Shown: one piece after another, positions 27,501-40,706 of the stretch
How positions within the stretch are numbered: the first letter of the stretch is position 1
Layout: every line of letters starts with the position of its first letter
Source of the DNA: Vicugna vicugna
Lineage: Eukaryota
Direction: 5' to 3'
Length of the DNA: 64,000 bases
Assembly: GCA_013265495.1 (NCBI GenBank)
Contig: MU058636.1
Span: 4,561,741 to 4,625,740 of the forward strand
The notes under the pieces: model-generated
What the model was told of the DNA's origin: nothing
Databases searched by the model: none
The model's input: the letters and a program-made list of their open reading frames with translations, nothing else
Translations under genes and position numbers: made by a program

Positions 27501-30271
27501 GTACGTAATATATCGTGTATGTTACATACTGGTTCTTAACCTATTTCAGGGCATACAAAAGGCAAGGGCTGAATGCTCACAATGGTGTGTTGATGAACTT
27601 CCCCAGCGAGCATATGGGACGGTCATCTTAGGAGCTGTGTCCTGGAGCTTTTACAGTTACAGCTTACAGTAGACATTCAGTAAATGTCTATTGGTTCCAA
27701 CTGGAGAGAACTGAAAAGTGTTGCAATAATGAGCAGGCCCTCAATTGGTTGTTTCCTGAATCTTTGTATAGCAGAATTAAAAGAGCTGAGAAAAGTTAAA
27801 GGAACTGCTATTCAAAACCTTACTGAGATTCTTCTGAATCAAAGGTACTATATGATGACTAAAGCTCCGCACTAGAGCTTGCTGACTTACGTTCTCATCC
27901 AACGGTGTGTTGAACGCCAACTATTTGCTCACCTCGGCACTGGTGATTTAAAATCTAGGACAAATTTTAGCCCTTCAAGAAGTCACACTCCTGTGAGACA
28001 GAAGCTACCTAAGCAATAATTATAAGACAATGTAGAAACTTAGATTCTAAGAGAGAAAGTGATACATGAACAAAACAAGTTAAGACAGAATAAGTGCAAA
28101 GACAGTCCTTTGGAAACAGATCAGGACTAGTAAAAGGACCTCCAACTCTGTACGGCGGGTAATAGACACAGGAAACCAGGGCCTCAGTCACTTCAGGAGG
28201 GGTTCAGGTGTGCGTAGAATGGTGGATAACAAGACATCAGAGGAGGCTGGAGATGTGTTTGCGGTGCTTCCTAAACTTCTGTGGTTAATGACAAGGAGGA
28301 TGGCATGTTCTTTAGAAACCTCATTCAGTGCCGGCAACAGAGACATTACCGCTGGATGCACCACGGCCTGACCCAATACAGTGGGCTTTTAAATTGTTTT
28401 ACAGAGAACACACGGAGAGTAGGTTTTCTGCAGAGCTTTGAAATTGCCTTTAATGTGGAATCAAGAGGAAGATTCTGTGGCTGTTACAGTCCAGACTGGT
28501 TCAATCCAAAAATGTAAGGACTGACTATAGAGACAGAATCCTCCATTTTCTATTTTCTAAGCTGTTCACGAAGGGAGCCCTCACAGGTTCGTGCTCACGG
28601 CTGGTCTTGGGAGGCTGGTGTGGCTCTGGCTTTGCACCCTGTTGCTGGCAGAGCCGGCTGGGTTCTGGAACGCTGGTGAGCTGGAGTATAGGCTTTGTCT
28701 GTCGGTTGTGGAGCTGTGTTCTCTCGTCAGGTTATCCTTAGTTGCTGTCCCTTGGTTCTACTTGGGAGATCAGGGACCTGGGGTGAATATTTGGGGTCAT
28801 TATTTTGGAAATGTGGCAAGTGTGGCTCTTTCTGTTCTCTTTAAGAATGTAAATATTTATCATCCATTCCCATGATGTTTCACTCTATTTTGTATTTTTA
28901 ATCTCTGTCCTGTTAGATTGTCACGTCCTTTCCTCAGAAAAAAAAAAAATTGTGGGTTTTTTTTTTCTCTCCAGCTTAATGTACTTCTTTTTTCTCTGGG
29001 AAAATAGTGCTTTTACATTTTAACATTGCAGATGATAGTTAGCCCAAATCATTTGGCTTAAACACAGTTTCTCATTTATTTTTCAGCATTCTGATTCTGC
29101 ACTTCAGCATTGTGGGAGAGAGAGACTTAAGAATTGGACAGACCCAGGTTTAAATCCCAACTTTATCACTTAATTAGCTATAATACTTTTAACTTTCCTT
29201 CTCAAAATGTTGAAACGCAGAATCTCTGTCCTACCCAAGACCTACTGAGTCAGATTCTGCAACGTAACGAGCTCCACAGGTGACCCTCCCCACCAAACGC
29301 ACACATACACACTGATGGGTGAGAAGCACTGCTTGTAACACGTCTCTGCACATTAAAGACACTTTAGGAGTGAACCAGTAGTGAGATAGTCACTGAGAAC
29401 TTTCAAATAAGACACATAAGATTATCCTTTGATTGTAAAATCATAAATTTACACATGAACCGTGAAAGAAGGCAACCAACTGTCTGTCTCCTGTCCACTG
29501 TTTTCAACTGCAAATTATGAGAATTGTGGTTCTACTGGTAAGGCTGTGAATGTATTGAGCTCTCTTAGTGTTTTGATATCAAACAACCAAATTCTGTAAT
29601 TCCCCTTGCTCTCATTTCAAGCCAGAGGATGTTAATGTGGATTCATAGAAAGGTCTGTCTGTAGGAGAAGCAGCTGGTGACTCCATGCTGGGACTGTACA
29701 CTCCACTGCATTAATCACGGGAGCAGTAGTAACAGCAGAAGTAACATTTAGTACTTACCATGGGATAGGCACTCTGCTAAGTACGTCCTCTGGACAGCAA
29801 CAACTGGTCAATGTTTGAAGAATTTTTTTTTTATCAGTTTATCCCTTTAAATATCACTGGCATGAATGATGGGCTAAAGAGAGCTGGGCTTATAAACTTT
29901 CTGCCTGATCTTGGGGTGGCCCTGTTAACTCCTCCACTCAACAAGCTCATGATTCATTTTGCTCCTGTTAGAAATAGAAACAAAAATAAAATAAAAATAT
30001 ATATAAAATAATAAAAACTAAGTAATACTTTAGAATTTACCAAGCCCCTTCTCACGTATTCTTTACCTGACATCACTCAACCCAACAAGCCCAGGGAGAA
30101 GGTATCATCACACGGTCATTTCTGTGTTACAGTTAATGGCAACGAGCCCTGGAGCCTGAAGGGACTGGAATCCATATGTTCTGACTATGAAGTCTGTGCT
30201 TTTCACTCTGTAACATGCTGATGTTTCTAAAAACTAAGTTGGTGAGAATTTAGAGGGGAGCTTTCAACAGG

Positions 30272-30630
30272 TATCAGTTAAGACTAGGTTTGGCTGCAGA
30301 TGGCATGTAAAATAACAGTATTTTGAACAAAGGTGGAAGTTTATTTCTCTGTCACGTTGAAGAAGTACAATCAGTCCAGGATCTCTGTGTGTTGTATATG
30401 GCTTCCATTCCCAAGGTCACCTCATGGTCCAGTTTGGCTTCTGGAGCTCAGCCATTACATCTGTATTCCAGGCAGCAGGAAGGGGAAATGGAAAAAGAAT
30501 TTATATTAAAAAATAAACAAAAACCAGAACATCCTAACATTGCACATACCACTTCTGCTGATGTCTGTTCACATAGCCACATATACCTATAAGAAAGATT
30601 AGGAAATTTTATTTTGGGCAACCAGGTATT
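30272..30630 (-). mobile_element. MaLR (older MLT1-like) LTR relic
   Basis: tatcagtta..ctaggtttggctgc..aataacagt..aacaa..gaagtttatttctct..caaggtcacctcatggtcca..ggct.ctggagctc.agccatta. Confidence 0.6.
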
Positions 30631-31929
30631 CATTTAAAAATGAAATACTTTATAATTAAAGAAGAAGAGAAGAGTGGCTATTGGGTATTACCTGTCTCTA
30701 CTAAATATTACAGAGCCTGTTTTTGCCAAAATTCCCAATAAAGAGGACCATGTACAGTTCTGTACCTCTTTTTTCCACTATAGAAATCTCCTAGAATTTA
30801 ATATTCTAGTTTGAATTTAAAAACATACACACTTAAAAGTTAAAACTTGTTATTTCCTTAAGTTTTCTATTTCTTTTCTATTTAATTAACTATTAGTGTA
30901 ATATCTCTTAATTTAACCTAATTACAGTCTAATCCTGTATAAAATGGACCTGGAAAAAGGCTCCATTGCTTCATAAATGACAAGATGTTTGTACAGGACT
31001 AATATTTTTACCCTCAGTATTAGAGAAAAATGATACTCATGACTGTTTTATATATTGGAGAGCTAATCTGTACTCTTTCCCAGAATTTCACTTTTTATAA
31101 ATTTGATGAATGTGAGTTCCACCCATTCATACAAGTACTTCCTGTGTGGCAGCCTTGTGCCAATTATACCAGCTTGTGGAAATAAACATGAAAGAAACAC
31201 ACCTGCCCTGGAGAGGCCCCCAGTCTAGTGAGAGGGACAAAGAAGAAAAGTGTATTCAGATCAGTTTTAACCTCAGACTAGTGAGGAAGCACACAGTGGA
31301 AGAACCAGGCATGGGCCAAGCCTAGGAGAGCAAGCTTTGTCCTATACTGGGGAGCCAGGGAGGGTTCCCAGTTCCTGCTAGTGAGAAAGTTGTACAGTAG
31401 TAAGAATTAATAAAAGTGGGTGAGATTTCCAATAGCATTTTGAAAATGCATACTGCCACTGATTTATTTTAAATGCCTAAATTAACTCTCAGTTCTTAGA
31501 AAGTAAATGAAAAATTGTCCTGGTAGTAAAGTTCCTTATTTTAGCGAACATTTGTTAAGTGAGTGTGTGTGTGTGCACATACTCACAAAGTCCTGTGTGG
31601 GACAAAGAGACGTAAGGACGTGGTCCCTGCATTCCAGGTAGTAAGGGAACATTAAGGAAGACCTTAATGCCGATGGGTGGGGCCTTACTGTCTACGTATC
31701 AGTATCAAAGCTAAACCCTGAGGAAACAGTGTTTGTGAATGGAGAGATCCTTGAAGTTTGGAGGCATTTTGGGAATTGGGGTGTTGATAAAGACTTGAGG
31801 CTCAAAGGGGCCAGAACTAAAACAGAGACAGTGGGACTAGAAGGGAAGAACGATGATAAGCAACATTGTGTAAGTAGAATCAACATCGATTGAGAGAAGG
31901 AGAAACAAGAGGTAACTGCAGCTTTCAGC

Positions 31930-32150
31930 CATGATTGGGAGCCACTGCTGTTGAATTCAACAAGCAGCGAGCGCCTGGAGCATGCCAGGATCTGTGTGAG
32001 GTGCCAGGGTTACAAAGCAGTAAGACAGTTCCTGCCCTCAAGAAATTCTCAATCCCAGGAGGAAGACAGATACCTAAACAAGTAATAGTATAATGTAAAT
32101 ACTGTAAGAAAGCACAGTTCAAGTGCTATGGGAACTCAAGTAAAGGAGCG
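31930..32150 (-). mobile_element. L2 relic
   Basis: attcaacaagca..gagcgcct..atgccagg..taagacagttcctgccctcaagaaattctcaatc..aagtgctatgggaac. Confidence 0.65.
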
Positions 32151-34544
32151 GTTACGGATACTTGAAAGGTAGGTGGTTATGCCACAGGAAGAGCCATGTG
32201 AACAAAGAAGCTGAAGGTGAGAAGAGCAGAGTGCTGGGGAGGGGCCTAGGGTGGAGGTGGGCAAGCGGCTGGAGCCCATTGCTCCAGTGACTGTGGAAGC
32301 CACGCTGAGGAGTCTGGGCTGTTTTCTGTACGTAGGGAGTTCTTCAGAGGAATGCTGTGCTTGGGGAGAGACCGTAAATCGGTTTTACATGGACTGAATT
32401 TTCAGTGCGGGTAGATGTCTGAGAACTAACTGGGGCTCATTCATGGCCACCGAACAAACACTGCAAGATGAGAAAGGTAGAGGAAGTGGGGGAAGCTTAT
32501 CATTAGGCAACATAGTTCATTTAGGATCAGAAAGTGGGATCCACAAAAGAGTGCCCAGAAAAAGGGTGGCCCAAAAAGTGAGGGGATCCTAGGAAGATGC
32601 AGCTTTCCAGGGCAGGGGTGGGCTCGTGATGGCAGCCTGTGCAGGGGCCCTCACGGAAGGATGAGAGGTTAGCAGTTAGGAGCTCATTGGAAGCCAGCAT
32701 TGAGAAGGCCTTTTGGCTGCTCATTGCCATATGGAATACATTTTCCTATTGACAGATTAATGTTAAATAGTTTAAGAGACTCACTTTCACAGCTTTAGCT
32801 GTAGTGGCTGGTCGTCACCGGCATCAGGCCAGGCCTCAGGTGGGTGCCAGTGATGAGCTCCCTGTTTGTGATTTGTGCAGAGCACCCTGGGAGTTAGGGC
32901 CCAGCAAGCTCACCATTTTAACTTCAAGTGACTTTCTTCTGTTATCAAATATAAAGGCCAAGGCATTTTATTTCGGATTTTCCAATGAAACAACAGCTAA
33001 CCTGTAATGAGTGTGGACCTGGGTAGATGGTGATCAAATGCAGCTCAGGTATCAAGTTAACCTATTTTGAAAAGTGAAAAACACCACTCGAGAATAACCC
33101 TCACTTGAGGGAGTGTGTAACCCTTACCTGGAAGAGGATGTGTTAGTGACAATCACTAGATATATTTCCACACAGATGAAAATTCTGGCTGTTGAATAAA
33201 GTAATAACTGAACCTTTATTATTTCACATACCTTCCAGCTACATATGCTTCTTGTAGATTTTCTCTGCCGTGGCTTTTAAACCTTTGCTTCTATCTGATG
33301 ATGACATAAACATGCAGTGAGTGAAAGGATACAAACAACAGCACACCACATGGTGTTCTTCTGATTGAAGTACTGCTCCAACTTTGTTTCTTAAAGCAGT
33401 CTCATAGAGTGAGTGGAAGTCACTTCCTGTTTGCATCGTAAAGTGTGATTACTCCCCAGAGGAGCTTGTGCTAGAACAACCCGAGTTAGAATTCAGCCCC
33501 TTGTTTCCGCAGGTGGATTGTCTTCCTATACTTGGGCGTTGCTTAAGTAGCCACCCCGAGTAGGAAGGCATTTCCAGGAGAACCTGATAACTCGTGTCAC
33601 ATGCTCAGGAGAACTCAGGGGAAATGACTGCAAAGAGGCCATTGGTTGCCCGTGGGTTTGTCCTTTCTGATCTTTCACATAAACGTGTCAGCACTGTGAC
33701 AAGAGCAGAAATCAGGTTTCAGGGATGAAGAAGTGAGGCAGGAAGAGGAAGCATCACCAGTATGTGGCTGATGGAGAACCCGGCCCAAAGGAGGACCCGT
33801 CAGTGGGTGAGAGAGGGCAGAGCAGGGTCAAACGAGGGCTGTGTATGTTTTCCGGAACCCTCTTCTGCTGCATGAAATACAAGAGCTTAAGGTTGTGCCT
33901 TTCGGCCAAGGGCTGTGTCCATTCTTCTGTTATAAAGTGGCTTATAACACTATATAAATTTCCTGTGTACAGTATTATGTTTGGCATCTGTGTACGCTAC
34001 AGGGTGCTTACATGAAAGGTTTAGTTTCCATCCATCCCTGTTCAGCTGGCCCTCTTTACCCCATTTTGCTCTCCTGGCCACCTCCTCTCCTCTGGTAACC
34101 AATACTCTGTTCTTGGTATCTGTATGTTTGTTTTTGTTTGGTGTGTTTATTCATGTGTGTGTATGCATTCATCCTTCACTTACTTTTGAGCTCAACACCT
34201 TCTTCAGGATGGTTGAGGTTCTGAGAACCTCATGAGTTGGGACTTAAGAAATTGGTTTTTTTAACTGATTGATTGTGGTTCTAGAATGGTTACTATCTCA
34301 GTCCTTTCCCGTTTGCTTTAGAGTGAGCTGTGCCTGCAATCAACTCAGAGTCCAGTGTTGCTCCCTGTCCCTTACAGAGCTGGTGTAGACAGACATTGCT
34401 CAGGGGCCTCCACAGAAAGCATTTGGAAAGCACTGTGTTTACATCTGCTGGAGCCAGAAAAGCGTGGGAACACAAACTAAGCTGCAAGGGTTCCAGTGGT
34501 GCCCTAGATAGTTTGTGCTTGGATGAGAGAGAGTGTGGACACGG

Positions 34545-34887
34545 CAGTTGTCCTTGGTGTCCACAGGACGTTTGTTCCAGGTCCTCCGACCTACCTGGAT
34601 ACCAAAATCTGCGAATGCTGAAGTCCCTTATATAAGATGGCATAGCATTTGCATATAACCTACACATCCTCCTGTATACTTTAAATCATCCTTAGATTAC
34701 TTATAATACCTAGTATAATGTAAGTGCTACATAAATAGTTAACACTATGCAAATTGTTGCCGGAGAGCAACAAGTTCAAGTTTGGCTTGAATTTGGAACT
34801 TCTGAAATTTCTTTTTTGTATTTGGAATTTCTGAAACTTTTTTTTTTCTGAGTATTTTTGATCCGTGGTTGGTTGAGTTTGTATACC
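34545..34887. mobile_element. MER2/Tigger2-type (TcMar-Tigger) DNA transposon relic
   Basis: cagttgtccttggtgtcc..ttccagg..ggataccaaaatctgcgaatgctgaagtcccttatataagatggcatagcatttgcatataacctacacatcctcctgtatactttaaatcatc...tttttgatccgtggttggttga. Confidence 0.85.
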
Positions 34888-37002
34888 TAAGAGCAATATT
34901 TATCAGCTCTGATAAGTAGAATCTGTCATCAGCTTCTGTCATTTGTTCTGTCATTAATCTAGCCTATGATCTTATTAGAGTCAAAGTGTTTTATGTCTGT
35001 GCTTGAGCTTCAATATTTGGTAATGGAAGAGGGAAAAAAGAAACAGACCTTTTTGAAGGTCTGTTATGTGCTTCACGGTCTGTGGTGTCTCATTTAGTCT
35101 CCATAGAAGCCCAGTGAGGTAAGTATTCTTAAGTCCCATTTTACAGCTGGAAACACAGTGCTTCAAACCTGGCTAAACTCATACAGTCAATAAAAGGCAG
35201 AGCTGTAACTTCAACCCCAAACCACCTGATCTTCCCAATACACTAATGAAATTATGAAAATGCAGCTTGTGAAGGACCAGTCATTGGACATGATGTTCTG
35301 AGAATGTTACTTCAAGTTGCAGCTATTTGCAATTCAGTGTGATCTATTCTATTTTGGTCAGAGCTCCATAAATTCCAGATAATTTGCTCAAACATTAAAT
35401 TAACTTCTTTATGGGTTTTCTTCTAAATGTTATGTTTATGTCCTTTTGTGACACCTTAGCTTCTTAATATATTAAAAATGCCGTCTATAAGCAGGAAACA
35501 CAGTAAATAAATCTATTATAAGTCTATAATAGAACCAAAATTACTTTTTACCATCTTGGGTAGTAATAATTTTCCTGCAAAGGAGGCAGATGAAATTCTA
35601 GTGCTTCAACATTGATTCTGATGCTAGAATTCAATGCCAATCTATATAAAATGTATAAATGAAAAATATAAGCAATTAAGAGTAAAAACCAATTAGCTGG
35701 CATTGGACTTACATTAGGGTTAGTCAGTGTTTCTTAAATTATTCTCCAGTGGAACAGTGAGTTCAATAAAATGGACCAGGATGCTAAACTCAGACAATGA
35801 AGATCTTTTCTTAATTTGTAAGAAAGTATATTTAACATGTAGATTTTTATAATTTTAAGCTTTTATGATAAATTATGCTTAAGCCTTTAGTGTCTGTCAT
35901 CACTCATCAAATGCTATAATCTAGCAATAATATGATAAATGATCAAGTGAAAAAAATTGCATCTAAGTTGGTTTAATAGATCAGTATTCTGTGGTATTAA
36001 ATAGAGAGTACCCTGGCCCCCAGCTGCTTGGCCACCTGAACTAGTTTGAGAAATTAAACTATCAATGAAGTTACTTTAAAAGTACTCGTTAATGCACCAC
36101 TCATGACAAGTCAGCCTTATTACTATAAACTATGGAACGACTCCACTGAATGTTCAAATATTTATGTGTGAAGTTTCCTTCTTTGCATTCAGCAAGTATA
36201 ATAAAATGCTTATGAAAAATTAATGTCTTAGCTACAGCATAATGGACAGTCTCTTTTAGCCTATTTATATATAAAATGCCAAAATAAACATTAAGAAAAC
36301 ATTAACAAAGTACATTTAGTATTCCCCTCTCTCCCCTCCAAAAGAAAACACCAGTATGAAATAGTTCTGTGATTCTGTTCACTTCATCTCCTCAAGCTGC
36401 CCAGTACCTAGCTCATCTGTGATGGAAGAATATGATCATTTAAATGCAACAAGAACATCTTTGTAAATGGGCCTGCCCCTTTCAACAGCAGTACAGAGCT
36501 AGAATTCATCTCACCATTGGCTCTGCTTTCCATAAATGAAGGAGTTGAGTAACCAAGAAGCCAGCTAGACCTTCCTCCCTTCCTGAGCTTTGAGGGCCAG
36601 GTCTTTGCAAATTCCACCCTTCCTTCCTGAAAGCCTGTACTCAAAAGGGCAGTAACAGAGAGATGGAAAAAACACACACATCCACCCCATGCTGCCCTTT
36701 CATCTCTTCTAAGATGGTGTCAGTGTATTTGCTGTGGAAAGTATGCCCAGTAGATATAATACCAAGAATGGCTTCAGGATGACTTTCTAACGGGTAGAAA
36801 AATTATTACAGCTGAGGTTTGAAGAACACCATTGACATTCTCTGTGGAGAATGTGGGTTACACCTAAGTGAAGTAGCTGAATGCTCTGGTAGAGAATGCT
36901 CCACCCTGAGAGGTTTAGGAATTTTATTAAATACAAGTTTAATACATTATGGGTATGTAGTAAATAAAGGAGCTTGTAAACAGCCCTCACAAGTATCTTT
37001 GA

Positions 37003-37412
37003 AAAACACTTTTTATTTTAGAATAGTTTTGGATTTGCAGAAAAGTTGCAAAGGTAGTACAAAATGTTGTCAATATACCGCGAACCCAGTTTTTCCTATT
37101 AACATCTTGTATTTCCACGGTACATTTGTTGTAACTGAGAAACCAACATCAGTATGTTATTATGAACTAAATTCTATATTTATATTTCATTTGTTTTTCC
37201 CTAATTTTTTTGGTTAAAAATCATCCCAAATGTATTTATTTAATATATTCATCACAAGGGCTTAACCAGATACTTAATTTAAAAAAAAACAGAAACAAAA
37301 CAAAAATGACCCCACAGATAAAAGATACAGAGTTTTCTATTCCAGGATACCATCTAGGACACCATATTACATATTACATTGACTAAATGTAATGTTTCTT
37401 TAAGTCTCCTCT
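37003..37412 (-). mobile_element. L1MC-type 3' end, interrupted by a ~128-bp foreign insert
   Basis: ttttattttagaatagttttggatttgcagaaaagttgcaaaggtagtaca...ggtacatttgtt; resumes ttttctattccaggataccatc at 37333. Confidence 0.75.
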
Positions 37413-38021
37413 AGATTTGCACAAGAATTTTTAAATTATTGGAATGCAGTAGTAGATGCTTTGGGATTTTATTATGTATTCAATAATTAAGGAAGAATTA
37501 ACCCGTGGTCAGAGACTCTGAATTCTGATCTCTTTTCCCCTCTGGGAGGAACCCCCCTCATTTCCCCGTTCAAAATATTTTAGTTGATGGTGGTTTGAGG
37601 AAATATCCTTTCTGGGGCTAGGGTAACTTTAAAGAGAACTAGTAATTTACCCACCTTGCCAGAATTATTTGCTTTCCTCTAAAAATTTATTGTTATTATA
37701 TCCATGGGAAGAACAGGAAAATTTGTGGCTATGAAGGTTATAGCATGGAGGAGAAGGCTCTTTAAAAAAATTAGATGTTTTTAAGTTACAAAAACCTAAT
37801 AACAGTGAGCAGGTTCACAGAGCAGGCTGAATGCAGCAGTCTGTTTATTTTTTAACTTATTTTAACCCATAACTAAAGATAATGTGCAATTTTGTGTATG
37901 TACATCTAACCATAACTGTAAGAGAAAGAACATGAAATGAACTACCAAGAAAAAGAATCTGAGGAAGAAAGCAGTCATTGTTTTGTTCGCTCTTAGAGCT
38001 TGTTTTAAAGGCAACAATGGA

Positions 38022-38230
38022 GGGAGGAGGGTGTGGCTCAGTGGTAGAGCACATGCTTAGCATGCACGAGGTCCTGGGTTCAATCTCCAGTACCTCCATC
38101 AAAAATGAATAAAACCTAATTACCTACCTTCCTCCAAAGAACCATCACCACTAACAAAAAGTAATAAAATTTTAAAACATTGAATTAAAAAAAGAATAGA
38201 AAGCAGTTCTTAAAAAATTAAAAATAAAAT
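38022..38230 (+). mobile_element. tRNA-Ala(AGC)-derived SINE (camelid Vic-1 type) with long A-rich tail
   Basis: Head GGAGGGTGTGGCTCAGTGGTAGAGCACATGCTTAGCATGCACGAGGTCCTGGGTTCAATCTCCAGTACCTCCA with A/B boxes; degenerate TSD aaaggcaacaatgga (38007-38021) / aaagatgacaatgga (38231-38245). Confidence 0.88.
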
Positions 38231-39039
38231 AAAGATGACAATGGAAAGTTCTGTTGAACTTCAGCGTTCATTGCTCTCGTTTCCTGCTTTATAAAAGGAG
38301 GTTAAGCCTCGCCTGCTTAACTGCAGGAATATTTTAAGTTAACTAAGGTTTTCCATTTCTTCTGCCACCTCCCTAGCTCAGGCTCTGATCACTCATGTCT
38401 GGAACTGTTACAGTAACCTCATTCCATTCAAGCCTCTGTGTGTCTGTTCTCTAAACCGCCTGTTAGCAAACCCCTCTGGTCCCCCCTACACGTCACTGCT
38501 AGATTCAGCCTCCCCAAACACCATTTTTATGGGCTCAGTATCCTATTCAGAAATCTTTAGGGGCTTCCTATTTCCTAGAGAAGAAAACTGAGAATTGTTG
38601 GACTGGCATTTGAAGTACCTTTTATAGAGAATTAGTTCCAACTTAAAATGTGCAACATTATTTCCCTCCATGCTGGTATACTAAAGTCCCCACACCAGTC
38701 AGATAATTTTTTCTTTCAGTTCCTTCATTAAATTAATCATATAATCATTCTAACAAACAATTATTTTGCACCTTCATTACCAGATGATTTCCTGCTTAGG
38801 CTCCCTGCTTAGTTTCTTTCTTGACTCTGATTTCAAATTTCTGACCTTTCTCGAAAAGGCCCAGGGAAAATCCTACCTTCATTTCCCTTAAACTGCTCCC
38901 TACCCACTCCATCTGGGGATCTCTCTCCAGAGAACTCCTGATTTTAATATGCACTTTTCATATGTTAGTGTGTTCCCTCGTGGTCTTATTTTCTATATAT
39001 TCCTACTTAGAGTATCAAATTGGGATCATACCAATTAAA

Positions 39040-39797
39040 TGATCTTTCGTTTTTTTTTCACTTAACGGATCATGAACATTTTCATATCATTCAATATTTT
39101 TGAAATAGGGTTTTTAATGGTTTCATAGATGGGCTATATCAAATTCTGCCTTTTTTTAAGTCATTTACATATAGCTGGACATTTGAGTTGTTTACATTTT
39201 TTTGCTATAATAGGTAATGCTGTCCTGAACATTCTTACTCATCTCTAATTACGTACTTGAGATAAATTCCCGAGAGGGCTTATGAAGCGTGATTTTTATT
39301 AGGTTCTTGATGTGTATTTCCAAATTACCTTCCAGATGTTACGCCAAGTTTTTCTTTTATCTGTAGTGTATGAACATGTCCATTTTATCACTGTCTCATC
39401 AGCATTGGGTGTTATAATTTGCTGATACTGTTTGTTAATTAAGCAATTAAAACCTATCTCACTGTAGTTTTATATATTCTGATTATAAGACCTTTATCAG
39501 AGAGGCGTTTTGAAAATATTTTCTCCCAGTCTGTGATCTGTCTTTTCATCACTTTAACAGTATCTTTCTAAAAGAATAAGCTTTTAATTTTGATAATTTT
39601 CAGTATATCAAATTACCATGGACTTTGCTTTTGGTTTGATACCTAAGAAATCCTTGCTTACCCCCAAATCACAAGGATTTTCTGCTATGTTTTCTTCAGA
39701 AATTTTATAGTTTTAGGTGTTATTCTTAAGTCTCTGATCCATTTTCAGTTAATTTTTGCATATCGTATGAGATATGGATTGAGGTTCATTTTTTTGG
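39040..39797 (-). mobile_element. L1M fragments (ORF2 3' end / 3' region)
   Basis: ggacatttgagttgttt..tttttgctataata..aatgctg; aatattttctcccagtctgtg..tgtcttttcat...ttttatagttttagg..tctgatccattt..gttaatttttgcatat. Confidence 0.75.
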
Positions 39798-40457
39798 TGA
39801 TAATTAGTAAAAGATCAGGAATCTTTCCAGGTAAGGAAATTAGAATAACTCATCTATCAAAAGCATATTGTTTAAAGAAAAGGGGGAAAGTTTGCCTTTA
39901 ATGTAATACAGGGTAAATTATTGCTCCTGATTCATATCTGGAGTCTAATTTGGGGCAGACCTCAGATTATTATATGAATGATTATTGGTAGGAAACCATA
40001 CACTGTATTATCACATAGGTTATTTGTTTGGAGGATGGATCTGCTTATTTCACCTAAGCAATTAATGTAAGTGTATTAATTAATGTATTTGTTTATATAA
40101 CAAGCATTTTTGAGGATCTAAGAAGTACAAGGCACAGTACTTCTTAGATGGTGTGGGAAAATAATTTCTTTACGGTCCATGAACAACCTGTATGCAGTTT
40201 ACATCTGATTTTTAGAATGAAAGAGAGTCAAAGTAACTAACTTTCTTAAACCACAAAGTTGTTGTTCTGTCAGGAACATCTGTCAACAGTAAGAAACTCG
40301 GGCACTTGGGAATGTCCGAATAAAGATATTTAAGGAGAGGACTGTGATAAATAAGAAAACTTTGTAGTGAGTATGGTTTGGAGTTCATTGTGAGATAAAA
40401 TTTCTCAGTAGTTGGCGGTGCCACCCATGCTTTTTATTCGCCTGTTTTTCCCTGTAG

Positions 40458-40622
<165 letters not shown>

Positions 40623-40634
40623 TGAGGATTATAG

Positions 40635-40706
40635 TCTTTCTTTCTTTTTTCCTTTCCTTCTTTTCTTTCTTTCCTTTTCTTTTCTCTTTTTTTCCTTCTT
40701 ATTTCT
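40635..40706 (+). repeat. Polypyrimidine (TTTC/TTCC-like) low-complexity tract just after exon 4
   Basis: About 70 nt almost entirely T/C. Confidence 0.9.

Noticed and set aside
38022..38098. Apparent tRNA-Ala(AGC) gene (also 57021-57095)
   Set aside because: Both have a shared post-tRNA segment, A-rich tails, TSDs and stem mismatches; they are SINE heads, not tRNA genes.
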